From an uncultured Phycisphaerales bacterium (lineage in GTDB: Bacteria > Planctomycetota > Phycisphaerae > Tepidisphaerales > Tepidisphaeraceae): 64,000 nucleotides of DNA. Positions 40,933 through 53,454 of this stretch are shown in pieces; the first letter of the stretch is position 1; the number at the start of each line of letters is the position of its first letter. A program made the position numbers and the translations under genes. The notes beneath the pieces were generated by a model. The model had not been told where the DNA came from. It saw only the letters and a program-made list of their open reading frames with translations, and did no database searches. The stretch lies in contig CAVWLP010000002.1 of assembly GCA_963755915.1 (NCBI GenBank), forward strand, positions 672,001-736,000, written 5' to 3'.

Positions 40933-41231
40933 GGGTTCTGGCATGCGAAGTAGGCCGTCGCTTTTTTTAAAATCTCCTTCTCGGTTTCGACCCGCCGCAA
41001 TTGCTTTTGCAACTCGCGGATGCGGGCCTTGAGCAGCGTCGGATCGTTGGTGTCTGGAAACGCGGGCTCCTCAGCCGCGGGCTTGATCAGTCCACGTTTT
41101 TTCATCCAGTGATGCACGATGTGCACCGGAAGGCCCAGTTCCTGGGCCGCTTTCCTTTGTGTGTAGCCTTGATCGGTGACGAGTTTGCAGGCTTCGTCCT
41201 GAAACTCCCTGGAATAATGTTTGCGTCCCAT
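40929..41231 (-). CDS. IS3 OrfA (HTH); -1 slippery site A7G at 40961-40968
   Basis: RKHYSREFQDEA...EKEILKKATAYFA; TTA AAA AAA GCG on the minus strand. Confidence 0.93.
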   Translation of the reverse strand: MGRKHYSREFQDEACKLVTDQGYTQRKAAQELGLPVHIVHHWMKKRGLIKPAAEEPAFPDTNDPTLLKARIRELQKQLRRVETEKEILKKATAYFACQNP

Positions 41232-41375
41232 GGCAATTCGCTCCTTCAGCCGGATTATCCGGCTTCAGGCCGCGCCCACCGAACGTGGGGAAGGTCACAC
41301 TCAGATATTTTGATTTTTAGAATCTGATTTCAATCTGATTTTATCTGTGGCTATATTTCTTGGCATTTCCGAGGT

Positions 41376-42458
41376 TCATTGGTTGGAAGTCAGTTGGTAG
41401 CCATCCGATTCGTGGACCTGGTCGATCAGCATGGCGGTGTAATCGGGATTGGCGGCGGCGAATTTGACGATGTGGCGATCGTGGTCGATGACTTTCATGC
41501 GATAGGGACGGGAGTATTGGCCGGCGATCAACACGCCGCCGACGAGAGAGCCGAACAATGTGATGAGGATGAAGATCATCCATCGGCCGATGTTATCGAT
41601 CCCATGGGGGAGAGAGGCGAGGAAGCCACCGATGGCGGCGAAGACGATGGCAACCATGAAGATGGTCACCCACCACTTCAGATGAAGATGCATTTTGCAT
41701 CGGCGGCAAAGGGGTACGGCGAGATCGCTGTGGTCGTTGAATTTGAGAGGCGGGGAGTATTTTGTCGTTGCCGGCTGGAGACAGACGCAGCAGACGTCCG
41801 GGAACTGGACCTGGGCGGGTCGGAAAGTAGCCCACGGCGCGGGGCCGGCCTGTGGGGGCAGGCTGCTTGGGAAGACCGTATGCTGCTTCTCGCCTGTCTG
41901 GGGATCAGTTGTTTCCATGAGTGCCGGCGGTGTGCCGGGCGGGAGGTTCGGCAGGGAGGGAAACGTCGCGTTGGGGTTGATTCTCTCGCGAAGCATTCGG
42001 CGAACGAACCAGACGATGACGGCCGCGAGGAGAAAGAGGGAAAAGATTGCGATCTGGGTGGGGATCGCGCGGTCGAATCTGAATCCGGGGGAGTTATAGA
42101 GCTCGGCGGTGATGACCGGCGTTGCGATTACGCCGGCCACGATAAGCAGGGCGATCAGCATCCACCCGCCGCGATATTGCCTGCGGCGGTACATTTCGAT
42201 CAGGTCCTGGTTCACCCAATGACATTTCGGACAGGGCACCATTTCCGCCTCGCGGGCGAGGCGTTTGTCGAGGTTTCGGCGGGCGGATTTTTCGGCTCTT
42301 TTGCGTGCCCAGCCTTGCGCGAGAAAAAACGGCGACGAAGCCTTGCCGACGCCGACGCGGGTGAGTTCGTAGAAAAAGGAGCTGGCGCATTTCTCGCAGG
42401 CGACAGGCTTGAGTCGCTTGCCGGTGACGTTGACCGCGATTTCCTTGCCGACGTACAC
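41376..42458 (-). CDS. Hypothetical membrane protein with four CxxC pairs
   Basis: CEKC, CPKC, CCVC and CRRC, with two transmembrane hairpins. Confidence 0.7.
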   Translation of the reverse strand: MYVGKEIAVNVTGKRLKPVACEKCASSFFYELTRVGVGKASSPFFLAQGWARKRAEKSARRNLDKRLAREAEMVPCPKCHWVNQDLIEMYRRRQYRGGWMLIALLIVAGVIATPVITAELYNSPGFRFDRAIPTQIAIFSLFLLAAVIVWFVRRMLRERINPNATFPSLPNLPPGTPPALMETTDPQTGEKQHTVFPSSLPPQAGPAPWATFRPAQVQFPDVCCVCLQPATTKYSPPLKFNDHSDLAVPLCRRCKMHLHLKWWVTIFMVAIVFAAIGGFLASLPHGIDNIGRWMIFILITLFGSLVGGVLIAGQYSRPYRMKVIDHDRHIVKFAAANPDYTAMLIDQVHESDGYQLTSNQ

Positions 42459-42553
42459 GTGAATGGCCGATCATTTGGGTGCGGTAGGAATATAATCGAC
42501 CGGACGGCGGGGGGTAATTCAGTTGGGGGGGAAAGGGGGATATAATCCGAGGA

Positions 42554-42943
42554 ATGATGAGCGGTGAGGAATATCTTCGGCGGATGCGCGATCCGAAGTG
42601 GTATGGGGAGCAGGATGAGAACGGGGTGGATTTGTCGCTGATTCGGGAGAATTTGAAATTGACGCCGGAGGAGCGGCTGCGGCAGGGAGATGACGCGCGC
42701 GAGTCGGCGCTGGAGTTGCTGGAAATCGGGCGGCGAAATCGTACGGCGCGGCCGACGGTGCGAGTATTTGAATCCGAAAATGCGATCGCGGCGGACGAGG
42801 AGATCGACTTGAGTGAAGCCGATTGGAAAGCGATTCGCGAGAATCTCAGGCTTACTCCCGAAAAGCGAATATTAAAGGCAGACTTGGCGAGGGAAGCGGC
42901 AGTGGCGAAATCGGATACGAACAGGGAAATTGAAAATGGCTGA
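42554..42943 (+). CDS. Putative antitoxin with an internal duplication
   Basis: Two copies of D...IRENL(K/R)LTPE(E/K)R; overlaps the downstream nucleotidyltransferase start. Confidence 0.6.
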   Translation: MMSGEEYLRRMRDPKWYGEQDENGVDLSLIRENLKLTPEERLRQGDDARESALELLEIGRRNRTARPTVRVFESENAIAADEEIDLSEADWKAIRENLRLTPEKRILKADLAREAAVAKSDTNREIENG

Positions 42944-43429
42944 GCGCGGTCTACTTGCCATCGCAGAACTGCTGATGCGTTACGGCGTTGAATTTATTGT
43001 CATTGGCGGGCAGGCAGAAATACTTATGGGTAGTTCGCGGATGACGTTTGACATCGATCTTTGCTATCGGCGAACTCCCGAAAATCTAAATCGACTCGCG
43101 GAAGCTCTAAAGGAACTCAAGCCGGGACTTCGGGGAGCGCCTGCGGGTTTGCCGGTCGTGATCGACGCAAGGGCACTGGCTTTGGGCAACAACTACACTT
43201 TCAACACGCGGCTGGGTCCTATCGATTTGCTGGGCTGGGTCGAGCCGCTGGGTGATTACGAGGCTCTAATGAAAAATGCCGAGATCTTCAATACAGGCAA
43301 ATTCGATCTGAAGGCGATCAGCCTCGACGATTTAATCCGCGTCAAAGAGCACGTCGGACGACAGAAAGATCGCGACTCGCTTGTACAATTGCATGCCATC
43401 CGCAAGGAACGGCACAAAGGCCGCGGCGC

Positions 43430-43442
<13 letters not shown>
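42936..43442 (+). CDS. Pol-beta-superfamily nucleotidyltransferase (MenT/AbiEii-like putative toxin)
   Basis: FIVIGGQA...[28 protein letters not shown]. Confidence 0.8.
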
Positions 43443-45237
<1,795 letters not shown>

Positions 45238-45573
45238 GGGAGGAATCTCCTCGAAATAGAATGGGCTAAATTATTCGGACGGAAGCGGGAGTCAAACGGG
45301 AAGGATCAGGCGCGGCCTGGGCAGGACGCGCCTAGCGGTTTATTTCGGCGTGGCTTTCAGGAGTGGCGTGCATTGCGCTCATGAGTATATCTGGATCGGG
45401 ATTTTTGGGAAGGGGGATGAATTTATTGGCTGGTGAGGCGTTTGAAAAAACCAAACACCTGCCGACTAAAGTCGGAAGGCCGGGTGAAAAATGCGGTGCT
45501 TTGCGGGGCCGTTGGGGCCGTTAAGGTGAAGAGCTCTGTTAACGGTTGCGAAATGGAATTGCGCCTGGGCGAA

Positions 45574-46516
45574 TCAGCGGTTTGCCGGGTTCGATTGGCG
45601 AATCGGACTCTCGGTAGCCCACCTCTGGCCCCCATTCATTCGCGACATGTGATTGTTCCCGGGGGTTTCTGTGGGTGAGCCGTCTTGCTCGGGAGCGCCG
45701 GCGCTGGGCTGAATTCCGCGGACGGTGGATTCGATGAATGCGAGGACTTCGCGAACCGCGGGGACCGAATCGTCCCAGAGCTGGGCGCGAAGCTGTCTCG
45801 CCGCCTGGACGGCGCTGGGGGCGGCGTGAATGCGGCGGAAGAGGGCGCGAAGGGCGCGGATGTGGGCGGGGTCGAGGCCGGCCCTGCGGCAGCCGACGGC
45901 GTTGTAGCCTTTGTGGCGGTCGCGAAAGACGGCGCCGTAGGGCAAGACGTCTTTGGCCATTGCTTCGCCACCGGCGATGATGGCGAGGCGGCCGACGCGA
46001 ACAAACTGGTGGACGACTGTTCCGCCGCCGACGAAGGCGCGATCGCCGACGCTGACGTGGCCTCCCAACTGAACGGCGTTGGCGAGGGTGGCGTATTCAC
46101 CGACCTGGCCGTCGTGGCCGACGTGGGAGCCGATCATCAGCATTGCGCCGCGCCATGCGCGTTGCGTGTTCCATTCCCATCGTCATGGCGCGGTTTACCG
46201 TGGCGAATTCGCGGATGACAACGTCGTCCTCGATGACGACGAAGGTTTCGCGGCCGTCATATCCGCGGTGCTGGGGTGGGCCGCCGATTACGGCATTTGG
46301 GCCGATCGTGCAGCGCGATCCGATGACGGTATTGCCGCTAATCGTGGAGTTGGCGAGGATTTTTGTGCCGGGGCCAATCCTGACCGACCCTTCGATGGTG
46401 CAGAACGGGCCGATGGAGGCGCCTTCGCCGAGCGAGAGGTCTCCCTGGACAAAAGCGGTGGGATGGATCGAGCCCGGTGGATTTGAGTTCAGCTCGAGGT
46501 TGACGAAATTCCGCAT
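45574..46516 (-). CDS. lpxA: Acyl-ACP--UDP-GlcNAc O-acyltransferase (LpxA family); frameshift near 46150, 3' end uncertain
   Basis: IHPTAFV, hexapeptide repeats, IGGPPQ, IREFATVNR, HVGHD, LGGHVSVG, VHQFVRVG. Confidence 0.85.
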
Positions 46517-46791
46517 ACAAGATCCTCCCTTTTTCTTCCATCGCCAAGCGATACAACTCAAAAGCGCGGCGAAGACATTATTTCAAAAAAGGTTGAGGAA
46601 TGAACTGAATTTTCTGTGAGCGGGTCCATTCACAGGCTCGCCAGCGAAAAGCGGCTGAACCACGAAATTTTAAGCGTTGATGCGAGACGGGGGGAAGACG
46701 AGATGGTCTAAGGTTTTTCGGAAGGCCGGCAGCCGACTTTAGTCATTTTCGCCGCTACTGGCAGGCTGGCGGGGGAAAGCGAAACGGGGTT

Positions 46792-47912
46792 TCACGGGGT
46801 CTGGCCGATCTTCCAACGCGGCTTGGCGAACCAATCGCGCATGACCTGCTCGGCGGGCTTGCCCTGGGGGGTGTAGCCCTTGCCGTCGCCATCGTCGCCG
46901 GGATGCATTTCCCAGAGGACGAATCCGGCTAACTGCGGCTTGTTCCACCAGCTTTCGAAGAAGCCTTCATAAAGCTTTTTTTGCAAATCGTTGTCGGCGG
47001 GGAGCTGGTCCTGGGTGTAGTCCCAGGGATCCTTGGCGGCGTTCTGGAGGCTGCACCAGCCGGCTTCCAGGAGGATGACGGGCTTGTGAACCTTTTCCAG
47101 GAAGGAGAACATTTTGTCCTGGATGTGCTTCCATACATCGTTGATCTCTTCGACGCTGACGTTGTGATTTGAGCCGAGGGTCCAGTAGCTGTTCATGCCG
47201 ACGAAGTCGAGATATTTCCAGAAGGGGACCTGCTCGTAGCGGTCCCAGTTGGAAGAGTAGGTGAGCTGGCCGCTGTACATGGAACGGACGTCGCGGATGG
47301 TGGTGACCCATTCATCGGGGGCATTTTTTTCGGAGCTGACGAGTTCGGAGCCTACGACGAGGACATCGACGCCGGTGCTTTGGGCGATGCGGGCGTAGTG
47401 CTCGATCATCTCGCGGTAGTTGTCGAACCAGTCGTGCCAGTCGGGGGTTTGAGGGTGCCGCGCCATTCGTCGCCGCTCTGGGGGATTATCGAGCAGGACC
47501 ATGGGCATAAGGATGACGCGCAGGCCCTTGCTCTTGGCGTGGGCGATGATGTCGGTGAGCTGGGGGACGGTCATCGTTTTTCGCATGTCGACGTACATGC
47601 AGGTGCTCTCGGCATTTTCCTGGCGGGCGTCGACGACGAGGGAGACGGTGTCGGCGCCGTCGGCGGCGATCTGGTCGATGGTTTTCTTATATTCCTCCAC
47701 CCAATCGACGCGCTGGAGGCGGATGGCTACGCCGCAGAATGGATGCTGATCGGGGATGTGAACGAGGTTGGCGACTCGGTTTCGGCGCCGGAGGCGAGGT
47801 CGTCGGACCCCGTGGTGGGGCCGGTGGAGGACGATTCCTGGACGGACATGACGCAGCCCATCACGGCGGCGTATAAAAGCAGGGCAACAACGATGATTTT
47901 GCGTCCAAACAT
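46792..47912 (-). CDS. GH113-like TIM-barrel glycoside hydrolase, possible lipoprotein; frameshifts near 47740 and 47460
   Basis: AKSKGLRVILMPMV, WFDNYRE, VLVVGSEL, GQLTYSSNWD, FVGMNSYW, PVILLEAGW, YTPQGKPAE. Confidence 0.8.
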
Positions 47913-48029
47913 GGCGGCAAAACAATACAGGAGGTTTGGTGGAGTTGCCAATTTCCTGCCGATAATAAGAATTCGATGCCTGTATTACTTGAATCCAACG
48001 TTTCCGACACTGCCAGGAGCTCGCCAAGG

Positions 48030-49446
48030 GTGATAAGTAAGAAGACCGTCCTGAAACTCGGGAAGTTCCTGGTACGGTGGGGAATCGCTGTTATCGGAAT
48101 ATGGTGGGTCATCAGCAAGATGTCGTGGCATGACCACGTGTGGGCGGTTTTGCCGGGCAACACGATGCCGACGAAAGACGTTCGGGTTGCCAACGAGTAT
48201 GCCACGGACGCATCGAACTATTTCGACGTGATCGATCCACGGACGGGGAAACAGATAACGATTACGAGGGGTGATGTCGTCAATGAGCCGGACCGGGCGA
48301 ACTATCGTATCTTTGGCGAGGGGCAGGTGAGCTATATCGTGGGGGTGGATCTTTCGCCGGACCTGAAGACGGTGCGGCGGCTGCTGCTGGCGCACCAACC
48401 CGGATGGTCCGGCGGCGATGTGGGAGCCGGCTTCGGATTATCCGAACTATGAAATTACGGTGCCACATCCGCGCGTGCAGATGGGCGTATTGCGGATGGT
48501 GAAGGAGGCGGATGTCTATTACATCCTGGCGGCGCTGGCGATTTTTCCGCTGACGGTGATCATCACGAGCCTTCGCTGGCACGAGCTGCTGAAGGCGCTG
48601 GATATCCGGCTAACGATTGCGCGGACGTTTGTGCTGAACATGGTGGCGATGTTTTATAACACCATCGTGCCGGCGGGATCGACGGGGGGAGATTTTTTGA
48701 AGGCGTATTACGTGGCCCGGCAGACGCACCACCGCACGCGGGCGGTGATGTCGGTGGTAGTAGACCGTGCGATCGGGCTGGTGGCGCTGATTATTCTGGG
48801 GGGGACGATGGCGGCGCTGCAGAGCCATATCCCGCGCTGTCGGCAGGTGGCGATCGCGTCGGCGGGGATCATCGCTGTGATCGTCGTCTCGATGGTGGTC
48901 TTTTATGTGCCGATGCTGCGGCGGCTGACCGGTTTGGAATTTCTGATCAAGCGGCTTCCGTGGCAGAAGCAGGTGAGCAACGCGATCGAAACGATGCACA
49001 TTTACGGGCAGCGGCCGTTTCTGGCGCTGGGGGCATTGCTGGTGAGTTTCCCGGTTCACATGGTGGTGATCACCTCTGCACAGCTCTGCGGGATCGCGTT
49101 TGGGTTGCACATCGCTTCGTTTTACTACTGGATGGCGGTGCCGGTGATCGTGCTGGCGGGGGCAATCCCGATCAGCCCACAGGGGGCGGGGGTTATGGAA
49201 TATTTCGCGATCAAGCTGCTGGAACCGCAGGGGGCAACCGTGGGGCAGGCGTTTGCGCTGACGATGTCGATTCGGCTCGTGCAGATTTTCTGGAACCTGG
49301 TGGGAGTGATTTTTGTCGTCCGCGGCGGATTCCATGTGCCGAGCCAGAGCGAGCAGAAGCAGGCGGAGGAAGAGGACGAGGACCAGAAACCAGAATTCCG
49401 AAACCCGAATGCCGAATCAATGTCCGAAACCAGAATGACGGAATGA
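48030..49446 (+). CDS. Lysylphosphatidylglycerol-synthase transmembrane (flippase-like) protein with a soluble insert; frameshift near 48400
   Basis: RWHELL, FYNTIVPAGSTGGDFLKAY, VVVDRAIGL, IPISPQGAGVME. Confidence 0.8.
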
Positions 49447-49510
49447 ATCCGAATTCGGGTTTCGTCATTTGGGCTTGATTCGACATTCTGGTTTCGGGTT
49501 TCTGGTTTTC
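49384..49510. repeat. Inverted-repeat element, copy 3, overlapping the 3' end of the upstream gene
   Basis: cagaaaccagaattccgaaacccgaatgccgaatcaa / ttgattcgacattctggtttcgggtttctggttt. Confidence 0.8.
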
Positions 49511-49515
49511 CCCGA

Positions 49516-50325
49516 ATGCTTCGCAAAATCGATCGCATTATCCTGCGCGTGCCTGCATTGGCGGGGGCGGTTCACTATTACCGGGATGTTCTGGGGATGA
49601 AGCTGCTGCGGGAAGATAAGCAGAGCGCGGGATTTGTGATGGGGGATGGGGCGACGGAGCTGGTGCTGCGCAGCGATGCGGATCAGCCGGCGGAGGAGAT
49701 TTACTATCTGGTTGATGATGTGCGGGATTTGTATGCGCGGCGGGAGCAGTTGAAGCTCAAATTCGTGCAGCCGCCGAGGCAGGCGACGCGCGGGTATCGG
49801 GCGGCGGTGAAGGATCCGTTCGGAAATGTTCTGCTGCTGCTGGATCGGACGACGGCGTCGGCGGGGGCGGCATCGGTGGAAGACGGAGCGGCGCCGACGG
49901 CGCTTTTTGCGGGAGTTGAGGCGGCGGTGCCGGCGAAGCGGGAAATTCTCATGCAGATCTACGAGCAGATTGGGCGTACGGCGGATGATTTGCCATATAC
50001 GCCGGAATTCGAGCGATTGTTCGAGGCGTATGCGGCGCAACATTCCGAGCCGAAGCCGACTCGGCGCGAAGTCTGGCGGCACCTGCTGAACCTGCGGAAA
50101 GGGGGCAAGCTGCCGAAACTGGGGGAGGCGCGAAGCCCTTCACCGGAGGTGGGTGCAGAAGGAGAGCAGAAAATTCGCGAGCTTCTGGGGAAACAGATCG
50201 GGCGGCGGGATCGGCTGCCGTATACGGAGGAGTTTGAGAAGTTGGTGGATGAATTCAATAAGTCGCAGCCGCGAAGGCTTTCGCCGCATTTGATCTGGCG
50301 GGTGGTGGCGAAGCTGGCGAAATGA
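49516..50325 (+). CDS. VOC/glyoxalase domain fused to a duplicated 'DxLPYTxEF' helical domain
   Basis: KIDRIILRV..YYRDVLG..KDPFGNVL, followed by two repeats of about 55 aa. Confidence 0.75.
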   Translation: MLRKIDRIILRVPALAGAVHYYRDVLGMKLLREDKQSAGFVMGDGATELVLRSDADQPAEEIYYLVDDVRDLYARREQLKLKFVQPPRQATRGYRAAVKDPFGNVLLLLDRTTASAGAASVEDGAAPTALFAGVEAAVPAKREILMQIYEQIGRTADDLPYTPEFERLFEAYAAQHSEPKPTRREVWRHLLNLRKGGKLPKLGEARSPSPEVGAEGEQKIRELLGKQIGRRDRLPYTEEFEKLVDEFNKSQPRRLSPHLIWRVVAKLAK

Positions 50326-50395
50326 ATTTGTGAGCAATCGCCGCGATGGGAAGATATTGGCCGCGTGTCTGGTTCGGGCCCGCGCGGCATCGCCG

Positions 50396-51524
50396 CTAAT
50401 TCTTTTCCGCTGATTTTTTCTTTTTTCGTCGCAACTCGGCATCGATGAATCGATCGAGTTCGCCGCGGTCGAGGACGCTTTCGACGTTGGTGGTTTCGAC
50501 GTTGGTGCGGTGGTCTTTGACGCGGCGGTCGTCGAGAACGTAGCTGCGGATTTGGTTGCCCCAGGCGATGGAGCCTTTTTCGCCGTAGAGGGCCTTTAGC
50601 TCGTCGTCGCGCTTGGCCTGCTCGATTTGTTCAAGCCGGCCCTTGAGTAGTGCGATGGCGAGGCGTTTGTTCTGCTGCTGGCTGCGCTCGACCGAGCAGG
50701 TGACCTGGATTCCTGTGGGCTTGTGCGTGATTCGTACGGCGGAGGCGACCTTGTTGACGTTTTGGCCGCCGGGGCCGGAGGCGCGGACGAAGGCGACGAT
50801 CTCCATGTCCGGCTCGGGGATTTCGATATCGGAATCGTCTTCCTCAAAATCGGGAACGACATCGACGGACGCGAAGCTGGTTTGGCGCTTGTTCTGGGCG
50901 TTGAAGGGGCTGGGGCGAACGAGGCGGTGGACGCCCGACTCGGCGCGCATGTAGCCGTAGGCGTATTCGCCTTTTACCAGGAGAGTGACGTTTTTGATGC
51001 CGGCCTGCTCGCCCCAGGTGCGGTCGACCTCGGAGACATCCCAGCCGCGGCGTTCGAAATAGTAGAGGTACATGCGGAGGAGCATCTCGGCCCAGTCCTG
51101 GGCTTCGGTGCCACCGGCGCCGGCGTGAATCTGGACGAAACAGTTTCGCGAATCGTTCTTGCCGTCGAGCAGGGATTGAAGCTCGACTTTTTCGGCCTTG
51201 GTCTCCAGGTCGGTGAGCATGCGGTCGGCCTCGTCCATCGACTCGGCATCGCCGGCCTCCTCGGCGAGCTCGTACATCGCCTTGACGTCATCAATGCCGC
51301 GCAGCATGGCCTCCAGGGGATCGATGAGGGCCTTGAGGGCCTTCACCTCGGCGACAACGCCTTTGGCGGAATCCTGGTTGTTCCAGAATCCTTCTTCGCC
51401 CATCTTGGTTTCTAATTCTTTTCTGCGAACGAGTTTTGCGGGCAAGTCAAAGAGAGTCCCGAATGGCAAGCATTCGGGATGAGAGGATTTCGATCGATTG
51501 GGAGAGGTTGTCGTGTATCATCAT
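50396..51524 (-). CDS. prfB: Peptide chain release factor 2 with programmed +1 frameshift
   Basis: HAGAGGTEAQDWA, GVHRLVRPSPF, GPGGQNVNK, WGNQIRSYV; CTT TGA C after about 25 codons. Confidence 0.96.
51446..51461 (-). promoter_or_regulatory. RF2 autoregulatory +1 frameshift site
   Basis: CGG GAC TCT CTT TGA C on the minus strand. Confidence 0.92.
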
Positions 51525-51561
51525 CGCAATCATAGGGTCGCGGCGGGGAAATTCAAAGCGG

Positions 51562-51642
51562 CTCACCGCGGAGACCGCAGAGAGCGCCGAGGAAAAACAA
51601 ATCTTTTCTATTTCTCAGCGCTCTGCTGCTCTCGGCGGTGAG
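51562..51642. repeat. REP-like imperfect inverted repeat with 9-nt units
   Basis: ctcaccgcggagaccgcagagagcgccgag / ctcagcgctctgctgctctcggcggtgag. Confidence 0.7.
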
Positions 51643-51651
51643 AGTGTAGTT

Positions 51652-52218
51652 TTAATCTTCTACGGAATCCTGAAGCACCGGAATGCTCACCCCGCGCGGG
51701 GTGGGCGGGGCCTGGTGCATTACGATCATGGGAACGTCGCGCAGGGTGCGGACCATGGCGATTTCGTCGCAGTTGGCGTTTTTGGGGCAGCGGACGCAAT
51801 CGCTCCAGACTTTCAGCGGCAGGCTTTCCTTTTGCACCACTTCGAAGCCCAACTTTTCGAAAAATTCCTTTTCGTAGGTGAGGGTCATCAATTTCCGGAT
51901 CTGAAGGCGGGCGGCTTCTTCGGCGCACCATTCGACGAGCCGGCGGCCGATGCCGCGGCCGCGAAATTCCTCATCGACGGCAAGCGACCGGACCTCGGCG
52001 AGGTCGGCCCAGAGGACGGAGAGGGCGGTGCAGCCAACCACCTGGCCGGGCGTGACGCGGAAATCGCTGTTCTCGGCCTCGATCTCGTAGACGGCGAAAT
52101 CGCGCAGGGATTCGTAAAGCTGGGCAAGACTCTTGAAGAGCATCTTCCCCAGCTCGGCATGGCTGTTGATGATCTCCTGGATTCGGGGGATATCGTGGAT
52201 TGTCGCGGGTCGGATCAT
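51652..52218 (-). CDS. GNAT N-acetyltransferase (short ArgA-like amino-acid acetyltransferase)
   Basis: LYESLRDF, LWADLAEVRSLAV, RGRGIG, FFEKLGF, LPLKVWSDCVRCPK..CDEIAM. Confidence 0.85.
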   Translation of the reverse strand: MIRPATIHDIPRIQEIINSHAELGKMLFKSLAQLYESLRDFAVYEIEAENSDFRVTPGQVVGCTALSVLWADLAEVRSLAVDEEFRGRGIGRRLVEWCAEEAARLQIRKLMTLTYEKEFFEKLGFEVVQKESLPLKVWSDCVRCPKNANCDEIAMVRTLRDVPMIVMHQAPPTPRGVSIPVLQDSVED

Positions 52219-52326
52219 GGAGCTATGAGTATAGGATACTTAACTGAAAGAAAGCGCGGTTCCACACGAGTTTGCGCTCCGCTTAGGGGACGCGCGGCTA
52301 AACGATTATAGCATAGATCGGAAAAG

Positions 52327-53117
52327 CTACTGCTGGGCCTCTACGTAGGTCCGGCGGTGCTCTTCGGGGGCGGGGGTGATTTCCATGTCGATGGCGTCGT
52401 CGGCCTGGGAAACGAGGATTTTCTTCTGGCGGATCAGTTCCAATAATGCGAGGAATATGCCGATCATTTCCCCGCGGCTTTTGCGGCCGACGAGGAGGGC
52501 GCGAAGCGAGAGGCGGCCCTCGCGGTTGACGCGGTCGTCGATGTCGGCGGCGTGGAGGTCGATCGGGGTGTCGTCGTCGATGATTTCATGGATGCGGGGG
52601 CCGCGCACGCCGACTTCTCTCATCAGGCGGCTGAAGGCGGTGAGCAGGTCCCATATCTGAACCTCATCGAGATCCAGCGGGGGCGGCTCGTCGGGGGAGC
52701 CGGAAGCCGAGGCGGGCACGCGCGGAAGCGCTGCTCGTGCTCTTTCTGGCGCTGCTCGAGGAGGGCGGCGGAGTCTTTGATCTTTTTATATTCGAGAAGC
52801 TGCTGGACAAGCTCGTAGCGCGGATCGACCAAATCCGCGGCCGCGTCGGTTGCCCCTTCGGCGGGCGGCGGCTTGGGGAGAAGCATGGCGCTTTTGATTT
52901 CCATGAGGGTGGCGGCCATCACCAGGAAATCGCCGGCGACGTTGATGTCCAGCCCGTTTTCGCTGCGCAGGCCCTTGAGCATGCCGACGTAATCCATGTA
53001 GCTGTCGAGGATGCGGGTGATGGGGATGTCGTAAATATCAAGCTCGTCGCGCTTGATGAGGTAGAGGAGCAGGTCGAGGGGGCCGTTATAGACGTCCAGT
53101 TCTACGCGATATTCCAC
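52327..53117 (-). CDS. scpA: Segregation/condensation protein A; frameshift near 52720
   Basis: YNGPLDLLLYLIK, FLVMAATLMEIKSAMLLP, DPRYELVQQLLEYK, FLALLELIR. Confidence 0.93.
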
Positions 53118-53138
53118 GCTTCATCCTTGATAGCGACA

Positions 53139-53415
53139 AGAGGCTGACTCGGAATCTAATGAACCTGCGATGGGCCGGAAATGGCCCAGATGCAAGGCGG
53201 AGCGACGAAGCAACCCTGAAGTAGACGGGTTGTTGAGTCGCGACAACGCCGCAGATGGGCCATTTCCGGCCCACCCGGAGGGCGACGCTCTTTTCGGCCG
53301 GCCTCGGCGTCGCTCCTCCTCAACGACCATATTGTCATGGTCGCTTCGTCGTCGCTTCTTGATGCCAGCCGAAAATTGCGTCGTCGCAGGTTCATTAGAT
53401 TCCGAGTCAGCCTCT
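53139..53415. mobile_element. 277-bp MITE with perfect 32-bp terminal inverted repeats
   Basis: agaggctgactcggaatctaatgaacctgcga (53139-53170) and its exact reverse complement (53384-53415); two long internal hairpins; no credible ORF. Confidence 0.85.
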
Positions 53416-53454
53416 AAATTGATTTTAGTGTGCGTGAGCCGATAATCCAATGCG

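Larger units (their letters stand above)
40036..41297 (-). mobile_element. Complete IS3-family insertion sequence (1262 bp)
   Basis: Perfect 30-bp terminal inverted repeats (tgaccttccccacgttcggtgggcgcggcc), 3-bp CAC target duplication (40033-40035 and 41298-41300), orfA plus orfB. Confidence 0.97.
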
